Assembly (NCBI GenBank): GCA_030141605.1 | Contig: JAQGDQ010001020.1 | Coordinates: forward strand, 1-64,000 | Reading direction: 5' to 3' | Source: Tubiluchus corallicola | Lineage: Eukaryota > Animalia > Priapulida | DNA: 64,000 bases | In this document: positions 13,030-26,119 of the stretch, one piece after another | How positions within the stretch are numbered: position 1 is the stretch's first letter | How the letters are laid out: every line of letters begins with the position of its first letter | The notes under the pieces: generated by a model | The model's input: the letters and a program-made list of their open reading frames with translations, nothing else | Database searches by the model: none | Told to the model about the DNA's origin: nothing | Translations under genes and position numbers: made by a program

Positions 13030-14650
13030 TCATTACAATAAAATTGATCATTTTATGGAGACAAGGGCAGGGGTAGATGACAGTTGAGTCTGTGTAATCA
13101 GATGCATAATCTGGAAGTTGAAACCTGTTATGTTGATATTCTTTTATTTAATTTCTTTTTAAACTGGTGGACAGATTCTATTTGTTTTATTTTACTGGGT
13201 AGTAAGTTCCATGAATGTATGGCTTGTTTTGATATAGAGTTATTTCCAAATTTATTGTTTACTGTAATTTGCTTTAGATTGTGTGTTCTATTGTTTAAAG
13301 TGGTATCAGGAATGAATGATAAAGGATTGTTTATAAACGGTATGCTCAGTTTATTGATATATTTATAAAGAAATATCAGTGTTTTGTATTGATGATGCAG
13401 AGGCAGCATGTCGTTTAGCAGTTTTGTTAGAGTAGCCATGAACTAATCTAAGTGCTTAGTTTTGCATTGTATTTAGTTTTATTAAGTTTTCATTTTTAAC
13501 GTTTTGAAGTAAAGTGCAAAAATACAGATAATGTGGTAATATTAGACTTTCTTAGATGAGAATTTTTGTTTTCTTGGTTAAATGGCACCTGGCTTGGCGT
13601 AAGAATGCTGAGCTTAATGCCATCTTGTTGTGTAATTGATGAAACTGTTCATCCCAAGTGAGTTTATTATCGACACTAATGCCTAAAAATTCTACATATT
13701 TTGCTTATTCTGTGGAACAGGTACCTACTTTTAGTATTGCATCAATGTCATAATTCTTTAACATATTTATGTATACATATTTTTGTGTATAATTAACTAA
13801 TTATTTTCATAAACATGGTTGCATAATAAAAGTAAATATAAAGAATTAGATGCACTTGCTTATTTGACAATACGGCTGTTTAGTTTTTTAATGAAAAGAA
13901 TGCAAAGATGTGAATCACCATCATGTGATGGGACAAATTTCTACCGTGTGACTGGTTGATGTTATTATGATGTTTAACATTGTTTAAAATTTAGTGGTAT
14001 TATTGTCCATAAGTATCATAAATTCTGTCTTATCATCATTCATTTTTAAACCAAAATAATTAAATGCTGCATTTATATTTGTTATATCTTTTTCTAGATT
14101 ATTTTTCGATGATTGAAAGTCTGCGTGTGCTGTATAGATAGTTGTATCATCGGCATATTGTGTTAAGTCTGAATTATGTAAAATTAAATAAATTATATTA
14201 ACATATAAACAAAAGAGTAAAGGACCTAATATCGTACCTTGTGGGATGCCTCTCTGTGATGTGTCCCATGTTAAAAAAGTGTGTTTGTTCAGTTTGACTC
14301 TTTGTTTTCCATTGTGTAGGTAATTATTAATTAGTTTGAGAGAAGAATAATCGAATTCAAGTTGACATAAGCTGTCCAGTAGTAAATTGTGATCGAAGCT
14401 GTCAAAAGTTTTACTTAGATCTAAAAATGCTGCGGTTATATATTTATTTTTATTTAAGTTGTAACGCCAATTTTCAGTGGCATCAATTATTGTGTCTATT
14501 GTAGAATGCAGTTTTCTAAATCCAAATTGATGATTTGATGGTAACTTATTATTTTCAATGAATGGTTTATTTGGTTGTAGATAACTATTTCAAATACTTT
14601 GGCTAGTACAAGCACTACTGAAATTGGTCTGTAGTTTTTAGTATCGTCAT
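13030..14650 (-). mobile_element. Degenerate 5'-truncated non-LTR retrotransposon (CR1/L2/Jockey-like RT)
   Basis: The minus strand yields NYRPISV, HQFGFRK.HST, AAFLDLSKTFD, GIPQGTILGPLLF and QYADDT, plus a C-terminal ..SWNLLPSKIKQIESVHQFKKKL. Many stops. Confidence 0.88.
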
Positions 14651-15859
14651 TAGCAACATATTGTCGCAGTAAGGCTTTGTTTTAGCTTCAATGGACTTTG
14701 CAGGAAATAAAGAATGGCTTGACTATTGCCGCAGTAATGCTTTACTTTAGTTTCAAGTGACTTTGGTAGAAATAAATAACAGCCTGATTACTCAGGTTCA
14801 TTTATACTGGGTGGCTGCACTACCAAGTGATGAACCGCAGAAGTTTACTGCAATGAATGGCTCTTAAATGCCTGTCATAAGCACAAATTGTTTTTTCTTT
14901 GTATTAGATTCTTGTTTGCATAATTTCTGCACATTTGCCAAATAGCTCATTCTGTGACATGAGAGCTTGCTTTCCATTCGCGAGGTGGTAGGCTCGAGTC
15001 TCAGCAAACTAATAAAAAATTGTACCATTCATTTTTCAACCACTCAGAGAAACAGTTAAAATTAGCACACTAGTGCGCCTAATGTCTCAAAGCCCAAAAG
15101 AGCAGAACTTGAGGGAATCACAAAGTTTGTTAAACTCAATACCAAGTTCACATAGCCAATCTTCAGAATATAAGATGGAAAACGTAACTGTTATCACTTG
15201 TTACAAATTATGGTATCCTTTTTAAATGACTACACTTTAAAAAGTCCTGCAGGGGCGTGTTTCTGTATGCACTGTTTATTTAAGTGTGTGATTTGTTAAT
15301 TGTACTTATGTTTACGTTTGTGAAAAAAAGCGTTATTATTATATCATGCTTCAAATGTAAGAGACAGAAACAGACAGTTTTAATGAGATGCGTGAGATGA
15401 CGCCTTCTTAGGAAACCAGATAAAGTTCTTTGTTTCTTTACTGTTTTGTTGTTGGGGTCACGCATTGCGTGCTTTATAGTGTCTGTTTTCCGATTGATAG
15501 TTGACATGACACTGATTGTTCCGATATATAATTTTTTAACCTGCAGAAGCTAAATAGCCATAATTTAAAAACAATCAAAACGATCAAACTGGAATTTCCA
15601 CAGAAAAAAGTTAAAATATTGTAACATCATGTAAAGTTTTGCGGGGCATATGCTTCATATTGCAGTCTAAACTTTGGCACATTTTTTCTGCGTCACCCTA
15701 TATAAATATACGTTTAGATCCTATGCAGCTCACACACTTTTGCAACTACACCCCTGTGCAAGCCTCAACTAATGTTTGCCCAGATTGCCAATATGGCTTT
15801 GTAGATTGGATATATATGGATTTGTAGTTGTAGATAATGGTTTCCAACTCATTCATAAC

Positions 15860-16403
15860 CCGAGAAATAGATGATACATAACCCAACTGTCATTTCGGGT
15901 TTTTCTCCAATGTGCTTTGAAGTCGAAGTGGCAGCAGGGACAATGAAAAGTTTTCAAACTGCCGATACTAGCAGATATGTCAAGTTAAACAACGTCATCA
16001 CCACTCACATGAGTGCCATAACGACTTGCGTGTGGGTGAAAATGTTCAGAGTTTTTATTGAATCCCGAAAAATAGATGATACATAACCCAACTGTCATAA
16101 CTCCAATGTGCTTTGAAGTCGAAGTGGCAGCAGGGACAATGGAAAGTTTTCAAACTGCCGATACCAGCAGATATGTCAAGTTAAACAACGTCATCACCAC
16201 TCACATGAGTGCCATAACGACTTGCATGTGGGTGAAAATGTTCAGAGTTTTTATTGAATCCCGGAGAAATAGATGATACATAACCCAACTGTCATTTCGG
16301 GTTTTTCTCCAATAGATACGTCAAGTTAAACAACGTCATCACCACTCACATGAGTGCCATAACGACTTGCATGTGGGTGAAAATGTTCAGAGTTTTTATT
16401 GAA
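15860..16403 (+). repeat. ~200-bp tandem triplication of the first pentraxin exon (third copy internally deleted)
   Basis: atagatgatacataacccaactgtcat at ~15867, ~16072, ~16269. Confidence 0.9.
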
Positions 16404-18080
16404 TATTAGATAGTGTTTGGCTGTAACTGTTACTGGTGCCCTTGCTGTGGCTGCCAGTGGTATATATGCTGACACTTTGCCTAAAACGGGATTCAGTTTT
16501 GACTGAAAAGCATGGCACTTTTTCTTGGCTTAGCAGCAGACGCCGTTTTTCTATTACGGCATGCCGTCCATTATTTTTCGCAATTTGTGCAAATTTAGTA
16601 ATCTCTCTGGTGGAGGTGTGGCTTATATCTATGATTGTCTATGATGCCATGAGTGATTCATAGTACTTTATAAATGCTCGGAGCTGTTTTGTTGTACAAC
16701 TGATTTTATGCAAAGTAGAAAGGTGTATAAAAGGCAGAAGTGGGTTTGCATTTTTCAAAATATGTTACAGAATATGAGGTGAGAAAGTGAAGTTAAGTTT
16801 TTCATATACATACAGTACGTGTATTGTAAAGATTGGCAGTATAAATTGTGATTTGTGTTAAAATACGTATTTTAAATAAGGAAGATTTGTATCAGCCTTG
16901 AGGATATTCTGCTACTGCACACTATACAGCACAGCATCTTTTTTGTTTTTTTAACAGAGGATGTCCTGCTTTCGTACTGACTCATCATATTCCTTTAACA
17001 GGGACGATTCTGCCATGGGAAGACAGGAGGAATTTCCTTCTACATGCGTGGCTGGATGAGCAGAACTCTGCAGAGTTTGCACTTTGACTGAAGAGAAAGT
17101 AGACAATCTTAGACAAATTAGAGAATCATGGTTGACAAAGAGGAACAAACAGCCTCTCTCGTCTACTGGCATGCAGCTTGTAGGACTGGAGGAATCTCCA
17201 TCTGCATGCATGGCCAGAGAACAGGAATTCCAAAAAAATTGCACTCCGACTGAAGAGCAAATTGACAAACTTGTCAGCTTTATAGTTGACTCTGAGGAAC
17301 AAGCCTCACTATTCTAACAAATATTTAACGAAGTCAAAAACATTTTAAATGATTTCTCGTTTACGACGATTTACTAAAACAGTAGTTAAGATAACAGGGA
17401 TGAGGAAAAGTGCAGTAAATTATCGTATATCATATATCGTATCATATATTGTACATATTAAACAACAAAATTCGCATTTGTTTTAGAAAAACTTTGAAAA
17501 CCTTCATAATGGTGCTTTAATCTTGTTATTTATGTTCAAAGTAACAGTTGCATTTCGGTAAACCCGCATTGGTAAATGCTCACTTCTTACAAACAGTGGC
17601 AAAATTCTTATTAAACAATACACAATTGGGAATTTTAACGGTTTTAACCACTTCACTGTCTGCATGACGAGAATCTTCTGTCATGAAAATGCTATTCCGA
17701 CTGGCCAGTATGACGACACCCTACGCTTGAATGTATGCTTGAATGTGCAGTGCTTTTTTTAAAATCACAGTGTAGATTATGATGATCATGATGATCATGG
17801 TGAAGGCAGTGATGGTGGTGTGCCCTGTGATGCTAGGAACTAGTGTTGATAATGGTGATGAAGGCAATGGTAATGATGTCATACCTGTTTTTTAACGAAA
17901 TGAAGCACATAATATCAATTACGATTATCTGTTTAGTACAATGTACTAAGGCAGAAGATAAGGGAACGAGATATGTTTAAGCTAATTTTTAAAGATGTCT
18001 GGCGATGGGCTTAACTTCACAACACCCTTGGTACTGTTTGCCCAAATTAAAAATACTAAGATTTTACTGTGATGTTAGTT

Positions 18081-18500
18081 CAGTGGTTCTTAACCTGGGT
18101 TCGATCGAACCCTAGGGGTTCGGTGAGTCGATCTCAGGGGTTCGGCACGATCCTTTTCGAGGATGCTGGACACAAAAACGAAGAAAAGGAACAGACTTTG
18201 CTGTGAAAATGACATGAGAGTGGCACTTGCCAAGGTGAAGCCACGCATATCTGAACTGGTCTCTCAAAGGCAACAGCAGAAGTCACACTGATTTGCAGGT
18301 ATGTAATTTGTTGTGAGTTTATGCACTGTGTTGGTTTTGTTCTTTGAACAAGGTGATGTTCATGCACGGCTCATTTTGTGTACCAGTAAAAAACATATCA
18401 GTGTCTTGAATTTGAAAAAAATCATATTTTATTTTTCACTAAAGAGGGGTTCGGTGAATGCGCATATGAAACTGGTGGGGTTCGGTACCTCCAACAAGGT
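18081..18500 (+). mobile_element. Non-autonomous hAT (Charlie/Buster group) element, right TIR lost
   Basis: Starts CAGTGGTTCTTAACC. Retains a transposase C-terminus FSRMLDTKTKKRNRLCCENDMRVALAKVKPRISELVSQRQQQKSH*. Absent from the paralogous site near 28200. Confidence 0.85.
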
Positions 18501-18608
18501 AAATTATAAAAACTTTATAATAAGGAGTTTCATAATTAGTAACTCAAATTGTGCCATAATTGTAATTATCTACATTTTGTTCAGTGTGACTGCTGATATT
18601 GGAGAAAT

Positions 18609-19021
18609 TATTAGAGATAATAAATGGCATTTTGTTTGTGCTGGATATGACAACAACCTTCAATCCGATGGGGAATGGATGGTTTCTGTGGATTAGAGAT
18701 AATAAATGGCATTTTGTTTGTGCTGGATATGACAACAACCTTCAATCCGATGGGGAATGGATGGTTTCTGTGGATTAGAGATAATAAATGGCATTTTCTT
18801 TGCGCTGGATATGACAACAACCTTAAATCCGATGGGGAACGGATGGTTTCTGTGGATTAGAGATAATAAATGGCATTTTGTTTGCGCTGGATATGACAAC
18901 AACCTTCAATCCGATGGGGAATGGATGGTTTCTGTGGATTAGAGATAATAAATGGCATTTTGTTTGTGCTGGATATGACAACAACCTTCAATCCGATGGG
19001 GAATGGATGGTTTCTGTGGAT
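18609..19021 (+). repeat. 82-bp tandem repeat x5 inside a pentraxin exon
   Basis: Unit attagagataataaatggcattttgtttgtgctggatatgacaacaaccttcaatccgatggggaatggatggtttctgtgg; not a multiple of 3. Confidence 0.95.
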
Positions 19022-19104
19022 AGCACCTTTAGTGAGAAATTGCGGTTCAATGCCATTATTTAATTTAAACTGATGTTGCATTTGCAGTAGCACTAGTTTC
19101 TATG

Positions 19105-19190
19105 AGGGAGGTATAGTCTAGTGGTAACGTATCTGCTTTCCTTCCAGGAAGTTGTGAGTTCAATACTGCTGCCGGGTCATACTGAAGACT
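19105..19190 (+). mobile_element. Possible tRNA-derived SINE head, degenerate
   Basis: A-box-like tagtctagtgg and B-box-like gagttcaatac, followed by ccgggtcatactgaagact. Confidence 0.35.
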
Positions 19191-20007
19191 TGGTACATGT
19201 ATACACTTCATAAAAGTGCTAAGAAATTCATAAAAACTTGAGTAATCACATCTTTCACCTGGGGAGATGCAGGAATGAATCTTGAAAGAGGACTCCGGGA
19301 ATCTCTATCAACATGCGCAGCTGGAGAATCAAAACTCCAAACAATTTGCATGTTAACTGATGAGCAAATAGATCAGCTTCTCAGTTTCATAGTTGAGACA
19401 GAAGAACACTATGTTGTTAAGAAAACAGGGATGGAGAAAAGTGCAGTCAACTTTGCCATATATTGCACATGTGAAGATCTCTCAATTAAATTAAGTGTGA
19501 TAAGTGTAATGTATTATAAATTAAGGATGCTTTGTATCAGTCTTCATGACACGCTGTTACAGCACCTTGTTGTTGTAGGCAATTGTTTTTTAGGCATGCT
19601 GAGGATGTCCTTTTTAGTTACTTCTGAGCCATTACATCTCTTCAACTAGGGAGATGCAGGTATGAATCTTGTAGGACGATTCCAGGAATCTCAATCAACA
19701 TGCGCAGCCGGAGAACCAGAATTCTGAAAAATATGCGTGTTAATTGAAGAACAAATAGATGAACTTCTCAGCTTTAGAGATGAGACAGAAGAACAATCAG
19801 CCTCTTTATTCTACCAGATTTACAACGAAGTCAAGCAAATCTTAAATGATTATCTGCTTAGGAGACGATTTAGGCAGAAGTTAAGATAGCAAGGATGACA
19901 AACTTTTTCCACAAACCAGCCGTAGTCTGGCACCAAGTAGTTACTCGCATTCTTCTTCTTCTTCTGGTATGCACTTCGTAAAAGTACTAAGGCTTTATAA
20001 TTAGGTA

Positions 20008-21148
20008 TTGGATCATGATCAGATCTGGCAGGCATGTATGGCAGGGACTACCAAAACAGCAACTGAGAGTTTGCACTCTCGACTTGGATCATGATCAGAT
20101 CTGGCAGGCATGTATGGCAGGGACTACCAAAACAGCAATTGAGAGTTTGCACTCTCGACTTGGATCATGATCAGATCTGGCAGGCATGTATGGCAGTAAT
20201 TACCAAAACAGCAACTGAGAGTTTGCACTCTCGACTTGGATCATGATCAGATCTGGCAGGCATGTATGGCAGGAACTACCAAAACAGCAACTGAGAGTTT
20301 GCACTCTCGACTTGGATCATGATCAGATCTGGCAGGCATGTATGGCAGGGACTACCAAAACAGCAATTGAGAGTTTGCACTCTCGACTTGGATCATGATC
20401 AGATCTGGCAGGCATGTATGGCAGGGACTACCAAAACAGCAATTGAGAGTTTGCACTCTCGACTTGGATCATGAGCAGATCTGGCAGGCATGTATGGCAG
20501 GAATTACCAAAACAGCAAGTGAGAGTTTGCACTCTCGACTTGGATCATGATCAGATCTGGCAGGCATGTATGGCTGGAAATTACCAAAACAGCAATTGAG
20601 AGTTTGCACTCTCGACTTGGATCATGAGCAGATCTGGCAGGCATGTATGGCAGGAATTACCAAAACAGCAATTGAGAGTTTGCACTCTCGACTTGGATCA
20701 TGAGCAGATCTGGCAGGCATGTATGGCAGGAATTACCAAAACAGCAATTGAGAGTTTGCACTCTCGACTTGGATCATGATCAGATCTGGCAGGCATGTAT
20801 GGCAGGGACTACCAAAACAGCAAGTGAGAGTTTGCACTCTCGACTTGGATCATGAGCAGATCTGGCAGGCATGTATGGCAGGAATTACCAAAACAGCAAT
20901 TGAGAGTTTGCACTCTCGACTTGGATCATGAGCAGATCTGGCAGGCATGTATGGCAGGGATTACCAAAACAGCAATTGAGAGTTTGCACTCTCGACTTGG
21001 ATCATGATCAGATCTGGCAGGCATGTATGGTAGGAACTACCAAAACAGCAACTGAGAGTTTGCACTCTCGACTTGGATCATGATCAGATCTGGCAGGCAT
21101 GTATGGCAGGGATTACCAAAACAGCAATTGAGAGTTTGCACTCTCGAC
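20008..21148 (+). repeat. 76-bp tandem repeat x15
   Basis: Unit ttggatcatgatcagatctggcaggcatgtatggcagggactaccaaaacagcaactgagagtttgcactctcgac. Starts 3 nt after a ttag acceptor-like site. Confidence 0.95.
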
Positions 21149-22874
21149 TTTCCATCTTCTAAGGGTACTTCTGGGGGTAACACAAAAATTCAAGTATTAC
21201 TTCTCGATCCCTTGTTTGTGATACTGCATGCCAGGATGTAAGTAAGGAAGTAAGTTTATTAGTTTATCACCATTTTTAAAATAGCAAAATACATAACAAA
21301 GAGATTTATAAATCTATACGAGATACAATAATAGTGCAAAGTGCAAAACTAATTATTGATTAGTGATGAAAGGGTGGCGAAAGAACTATAAGTTATCGAG
21401 GTCAGCCACCCTCTCAGAATTGTTACTAATATAATTAATTAGTTAATGCGCATGTACCAGGTAATTAAAAATTATCAGATTTTGCATTTAAGACGAATGA
21501 AAATTGAATTATTATACGAACGTGTTAGTTCATAATAAAATAATGTTCAATAATGGGAAGGAGAGACACATGTGACTATCTTTAAATAATAATTTAACCA
21601 TTACGTATTTAAAATTAATGTTATGAGGACCTAGGGCCAAAGGAAGAAAAAAATTAATTTAATTGGGATGCAGCAGGGCCCATGAAGAGCTTGGAGGAGA
21701 TAACAGCTGTTGCGTTATTGTACCTAGAAGGGTACATCTCAACAACAAAAAATCACAAAAATATTGTTTTTTATTATTAATGTTGGCAATGTCGTGGTGA
21801 TGTTGATGACAAGTAAGGACTCCTGTTGATCCTGTAAGTGCCTGTAGGTGACAAAATGTCGGAGAATATCAGCAATGAACCACAAACAAAATCACATCAA
21901 AATTTTTTGGGCAGAGCTCAATGCAAAAGAACAAGAGAATACAAGACTTGTAAAATCATGTAAGGAAACTACAAAAGTGAAATAATGTAGTGCAAGCGCT
22001 TGGGAGGCCACTCTGCACAACCTCTGCCTTTTATTCCAAAGTATGACAAATGGTTACCAAACTAGTGTTAATGTTATATGTCACTGCTAAAGATATCAGT
22101 AGTTTGAACCTTAGTCTTCAGAATTATTTTTCTGCTCCTATTGGCTAAATCTTCACATCGTTTGCTTTGAACTAATCCGGTTTTATTTTGGCTCTGACTT
22201 CGACATGTACACTAGTTTGGGAAGGGTATATAGGGAAGGTAAAAACCTGCTGTACTTTGGAGCTACAGTGGTAATTGGGTTGTGCAGAGATGGTGGTTTT
22301 GAGTTATTGTGTTTCGTCTGACAAGGCTTACAGTTCTCCTGCTACACACCATACGGGGAGCTAGGTACAAGTTTCTTCATTTCTTTGTTCAGCTTTTCTT
22401 CATTTTGTGCAAAATCTTCAATTCTCAATTCGCTTAGGCCTTGCAATATCTAAATCTCTTTCAAGTTAGCAAGCAACAATAGTCAGCATTATTTAATTCA
22501 GCTGTGTTTACCCCGCTCACTATTTATTAGGTGTTTATTAATTTCTATGAATAAAACAACATCATCAACGCAATCAACAGCTCGTAGTAAACAAAGCAGC
22601 GGAACCACCCCGTGGAATTAGTTTCCTTTTCATACACGATTCTATTGCGAAGAACATGGATGCATTGTTACTAGGTCGCAGAGCCATAAGCAAGCAGTTA
22701 CAGGCATACAGTTTGACGGCTGGGGATTCAAAGTACAAAATTGGGCCAAAAATTTCGTTTATCGGCAAAGTAATTGGTGAATGTGGATTAATTGTGTCTG
22801 GGTAATATTCATTCAACTTTTTGGTTTTTTATGTATTTGTTTAAAAATATAATGAAAAAGCTGATACAGAGGCA

Positions 22875-23882
22875 ATAACTCACTAGCAGTCATTCAGTAA
22901 ACTGTCTGACTAGCTCACACTCGGTAACTCACTAGCAGTCACACAGTAAACTCTCTGACTAGCTCGCAGTCGGTAACTCACTAGCAGTCACACAGTAAAC
23001 TCTCAGACTAGCTCACACTCGGTACCTCACTAGCAGTCACTCAGTAAACTCTCTGACTAGCTCACACTCAGGAACTCACTGGCAGTCACTTAGTAAACTC
23101 TCTAACTAGCTCACACTCGGTAACTCACTGGCAGTCATTCAGTAAACTCTCTGACTAGCTCACACTCGGTAACTCACTAGCAGTCACACAGTAAACTCTC
23201 TGACTAGCTCGCACTCGGTAACTCACTAGCAGTCACTCAGTAAACTCTCTGACTAGCTCGCACTCGGTAACTCACTAGCAGTCACACAGTAAACTCTCTG
23301 ACTAGCTCACAGTCGGTAACTCACTAGCAGTCACTCAGTAAACTCTCTTACTAGCTCACACTCGGTAACTCACTAGCAGTCACTCAGTAAACTCTCAGAC
23401 TAGCTCGCACTCGGTAACTCACTAGCAGTCACTCAGTAAACTCTCAGACTAGCTCACACTCGGTAACTCACTAGCAGTCACTCAGTAAACTCTCTGACTA
23501 GCTCACACTCGGTAACTCACTAGCAGTCACACAGTAAACTCTCTGACTAGCTCACACTTGGTAACTCACTAGCAGTCACACAGTAAACTCTCTGACTAGC
23601 TCACACTCGGTAACTCACTGGCAGTCACTCAGTAAACTCTCTGACTAGCTCACACTCGGTAACTCACTAGCAGTCACCCAGTAAACTCTCTGGCTAGCTC
23701 ACACTCGGTAACTCACTAGCAGTCACACAGTAAACTCTCTGACTAGCTCACACTCGGTAACTCACTAGCAGTCACACAGTAAACTCTCTGACTAGCTCAC
23801 ACTCGGTAACTCACTAGGAGTCACACAGTAAATTCTCTGACTAGCTCACACTCGGAAACTCACTGGCAGTCACCCAGTAAAC
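22875..23882 (+). repeat. 49-bp minisatellite, ~20 copies
   Basis: Unit ggtaactcactagcagtcactcagtaaactctctgactagctcacactc. Confidence 0.95.
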
Positions 23883-24519
23883 AGTGAGGTTAGAAAGGTG
23901 AGTTAACTCGAAATAAACAGACGTCGAACACTAAGCCTGCAGTACAGTGTTTCTTTCTCACCAAACGCAATCTCTCTCACCTACCAAACGATTGTCAAAG
24001 AGAACAGTCACAAAGGACTACAATAACACAATTAACGAATAGTGCTCACAATCGAGGTTCACAAGTAAAGTCGCACTTTCGTTTTTCACTTATATATATA
24101 TAGATATATAAGTGAAAATGCCAATGATGATAATATATGAAGAGCACAGGGGAAGAACGATCTAAGTCACATTTCATGGAAAATTAGATAGTGACGCCAT
24201 CTGAAGTTTATTTCGAGAAGCTTTCTTTTGGGCTAATGCGTTCAGGTAGAATCGATCCGTGTCCGCTTTATTTTGCTGCCTCCAAAACACAATCACTGAC
24301 CGAAACGATCCAAGTCCAACCGATCCTTGACCAAACGATCTATGTCCAGTCACGTGATCAAACAAGCCAATCAGCGTAGAGCAATGGCTGCGCACTTAGG
24401 ATAACAGAATTGTTGCAATTATTTCATGATGTTTATGTGAAAATTTCACGACACAAGGACAGCTTAATCTTCACTTGTATTGACATTTATTCTCTAATTA
24501 ATAATGTCTAGTTCAGAAG

Positions 24520-25060
24520 ACTATGAGCAACCTGTGACCACGGATAAATACAAAAAAGGCCTATAAAGCACCGCAAACGTGATTTGGCAGAAACACAAAT
24601 GTTGTCCAGCCACATTACTGATGAAAATTGCAAGTGGCAGCGGTTCGCTTGCTTCACGAAAATTACTGAAGAAGAGAGTGAGGATGACTCACTCTCTTCT
24701 TCAGTAATTTTCGTGAAGCAAGCGAACCGCTGCCACTTGCAATTTTCATCAGTAATGTGGCTGGACAACCTTTGTGTTTCTTTGAGGGACTTATTTTAAA
24801 TTTCAATACAAAATACGAAAACAAAGATCAACAAGATGCATACCTGGCACCGATGGTTAAAGTGCAAAGTGTTAAGCGCCACCGGCCTCCGACAGAAAAC
24901 TCAAAGGAATTAAAAACGTATACATATGTTTATGAAGTAAAGATATGCCGAGGAGAAAATGTTCACCTGATACCAGTTTGCCAAAAAGCATTTATAGCTG
25001 TTTTCGGGATTACTATACGCTGGGTGCAGACGGTTCAACAGGCACTAACATCTACAGGTA
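24520..25060 (+). mobile_element. DNA transposase N-terminal relic (Sola1-like)
   Basis: CK..RFACFTKITEEE..LILNFN..DQQDAYL..VKRHR..TYTYVYEV..VCQKAFIAVFGIT..V resembles the Cys-rich N-terminus of Sola1-type transposases. Family assignment is from memory. Confidence 0.5.
24601..24769. repeat. Perfect inverted repeat, 82-bp arms, 5-nt loop
   Basis: 24601-24682 is the exact reverse complement of 24688-24769; pairing extends ~11 bp further with one mismatch. Confidence 0.97.
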
Positions 25061-25282
25061 GACCATCGTTATTTAATCATACCATCATCATTACAGCAAT
25101 GAAGGACCACTGATAGTTTTGTGTGGTGGTCTCCTGTGTAAATTTAGATAGTATATATTAGATTAGAAAATAGAAACATCTTTCCAGACTCGAGAATATT
25201 TTGGCTCTATTACTATTAGAAAAATTCAGATTTACCTAGGTTCGATCAATCTATATAATGCCTTCAAAATGCCATTAAATAA

Positions 25283-25735
25283 ACCTGCCAAAAACAACTC
25301 AAACCCTACTATGAAAAAAGTACAATAAAATTTGAAATGCTACTTTCACCAAACACCAAACCGCCATTTCTAATGCAGTATCAAACGAAATTTATAGGTG
25401 TCATACACAGTTAAAAAGCCTGAAAAACTCTCTATCTAGCCGCACATAGTTTGTTTATCAGCAATTTAACCTGTACAAAATAACTCAAACCTAGTTTGAA
25501 AAAGTAAAATAAAATTTGCAAAGCTACTTCACCTGAACACCAAGCCGCCATTATTAATGCAGCATCAAACGGAATTTGTGCGTGTCACACACAGTTATAA
25601 AGCCAGCAAAATTCTCTATCTAACCGTATATAGTTTGTTGGTCAGCAATTTAATCTGCAAAAATTAGCTCGAACTCTATTTTGAAGAATTCAGAATGGCA
25701 ATGCTACTTCCACCGAATACCAAACCGCCATTAGT
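25283..25735 (+). repeat. Diverged ~185-bp tandem repeat, ~2.5 copies
   Basis: The motif gctactt..acc.aa.accaa.ccgccatt recurs at ~25339, ~25524, ~25703. Confidence 0.8.
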
Positions 25736-26119
25736 CTTTTGCTTTCTGAGGTAGTGTAGATTCATATAAAAAATGTGAAAGAATTAAAGTTTTGCATATT
25801 AGTATCACAGTTTGTTGTGTTAGTTGTCCTTTAACTTGTCGGAAATATGATATGCCAGATGTCATTTTTTGTATTTTGTTATTAAAGTATTCATCCCAAC
25901 TACGTAACATCCTGCAACTACCTAACAGAGACTATTATTACCCACTTTTATCCTAAATACAATTTTTAAAGTCAACTCACGACCTCCTAATTGGAAAACA
26001 GAGACGCATTAGCACTAGACTATGTCTCTTTTATAGAAATTAGTACTAATTTCATCATGCATCGTGAATTTAAATGAAATAATAGCTGTAATTTCTTACC
26101 TAAAGGTGCTATCCACAGA

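Larger units (their letters stand above)
15860..21240 (+). pseudogene. Pentraxin-domain gene (+ copy); exons ~15900-16460, 18585-19031, probably 20005-21237
   Basis: FQTADTSRYVKL..MSAITTCVWVK matches the pentraxin N-terminal strands. tcag|..IRDNKWHFVCAGYD..GEWMVSVD matches the pentraxin WHxxC signature region. ttag|VLDHDQIWQACM resembles the C-terminal helix. Exons are disrupted by tandem repeats and the first acceptor reads GG. Confidence 0.65.

Noticed and set aside
12083-13041. Long ORFs on both strands (255 and 214 aa)
   Set aside because: By-product of a 66-bp unit that is a multiple of 3; no domain or splice context.
20008-21148. CRISPR-like appearance of regular arrays (also 22875, 42026, 51200)
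   Set aside because: Units are contiguous with no unique spacers, there are no cas genes, and the context is eukaryotic.
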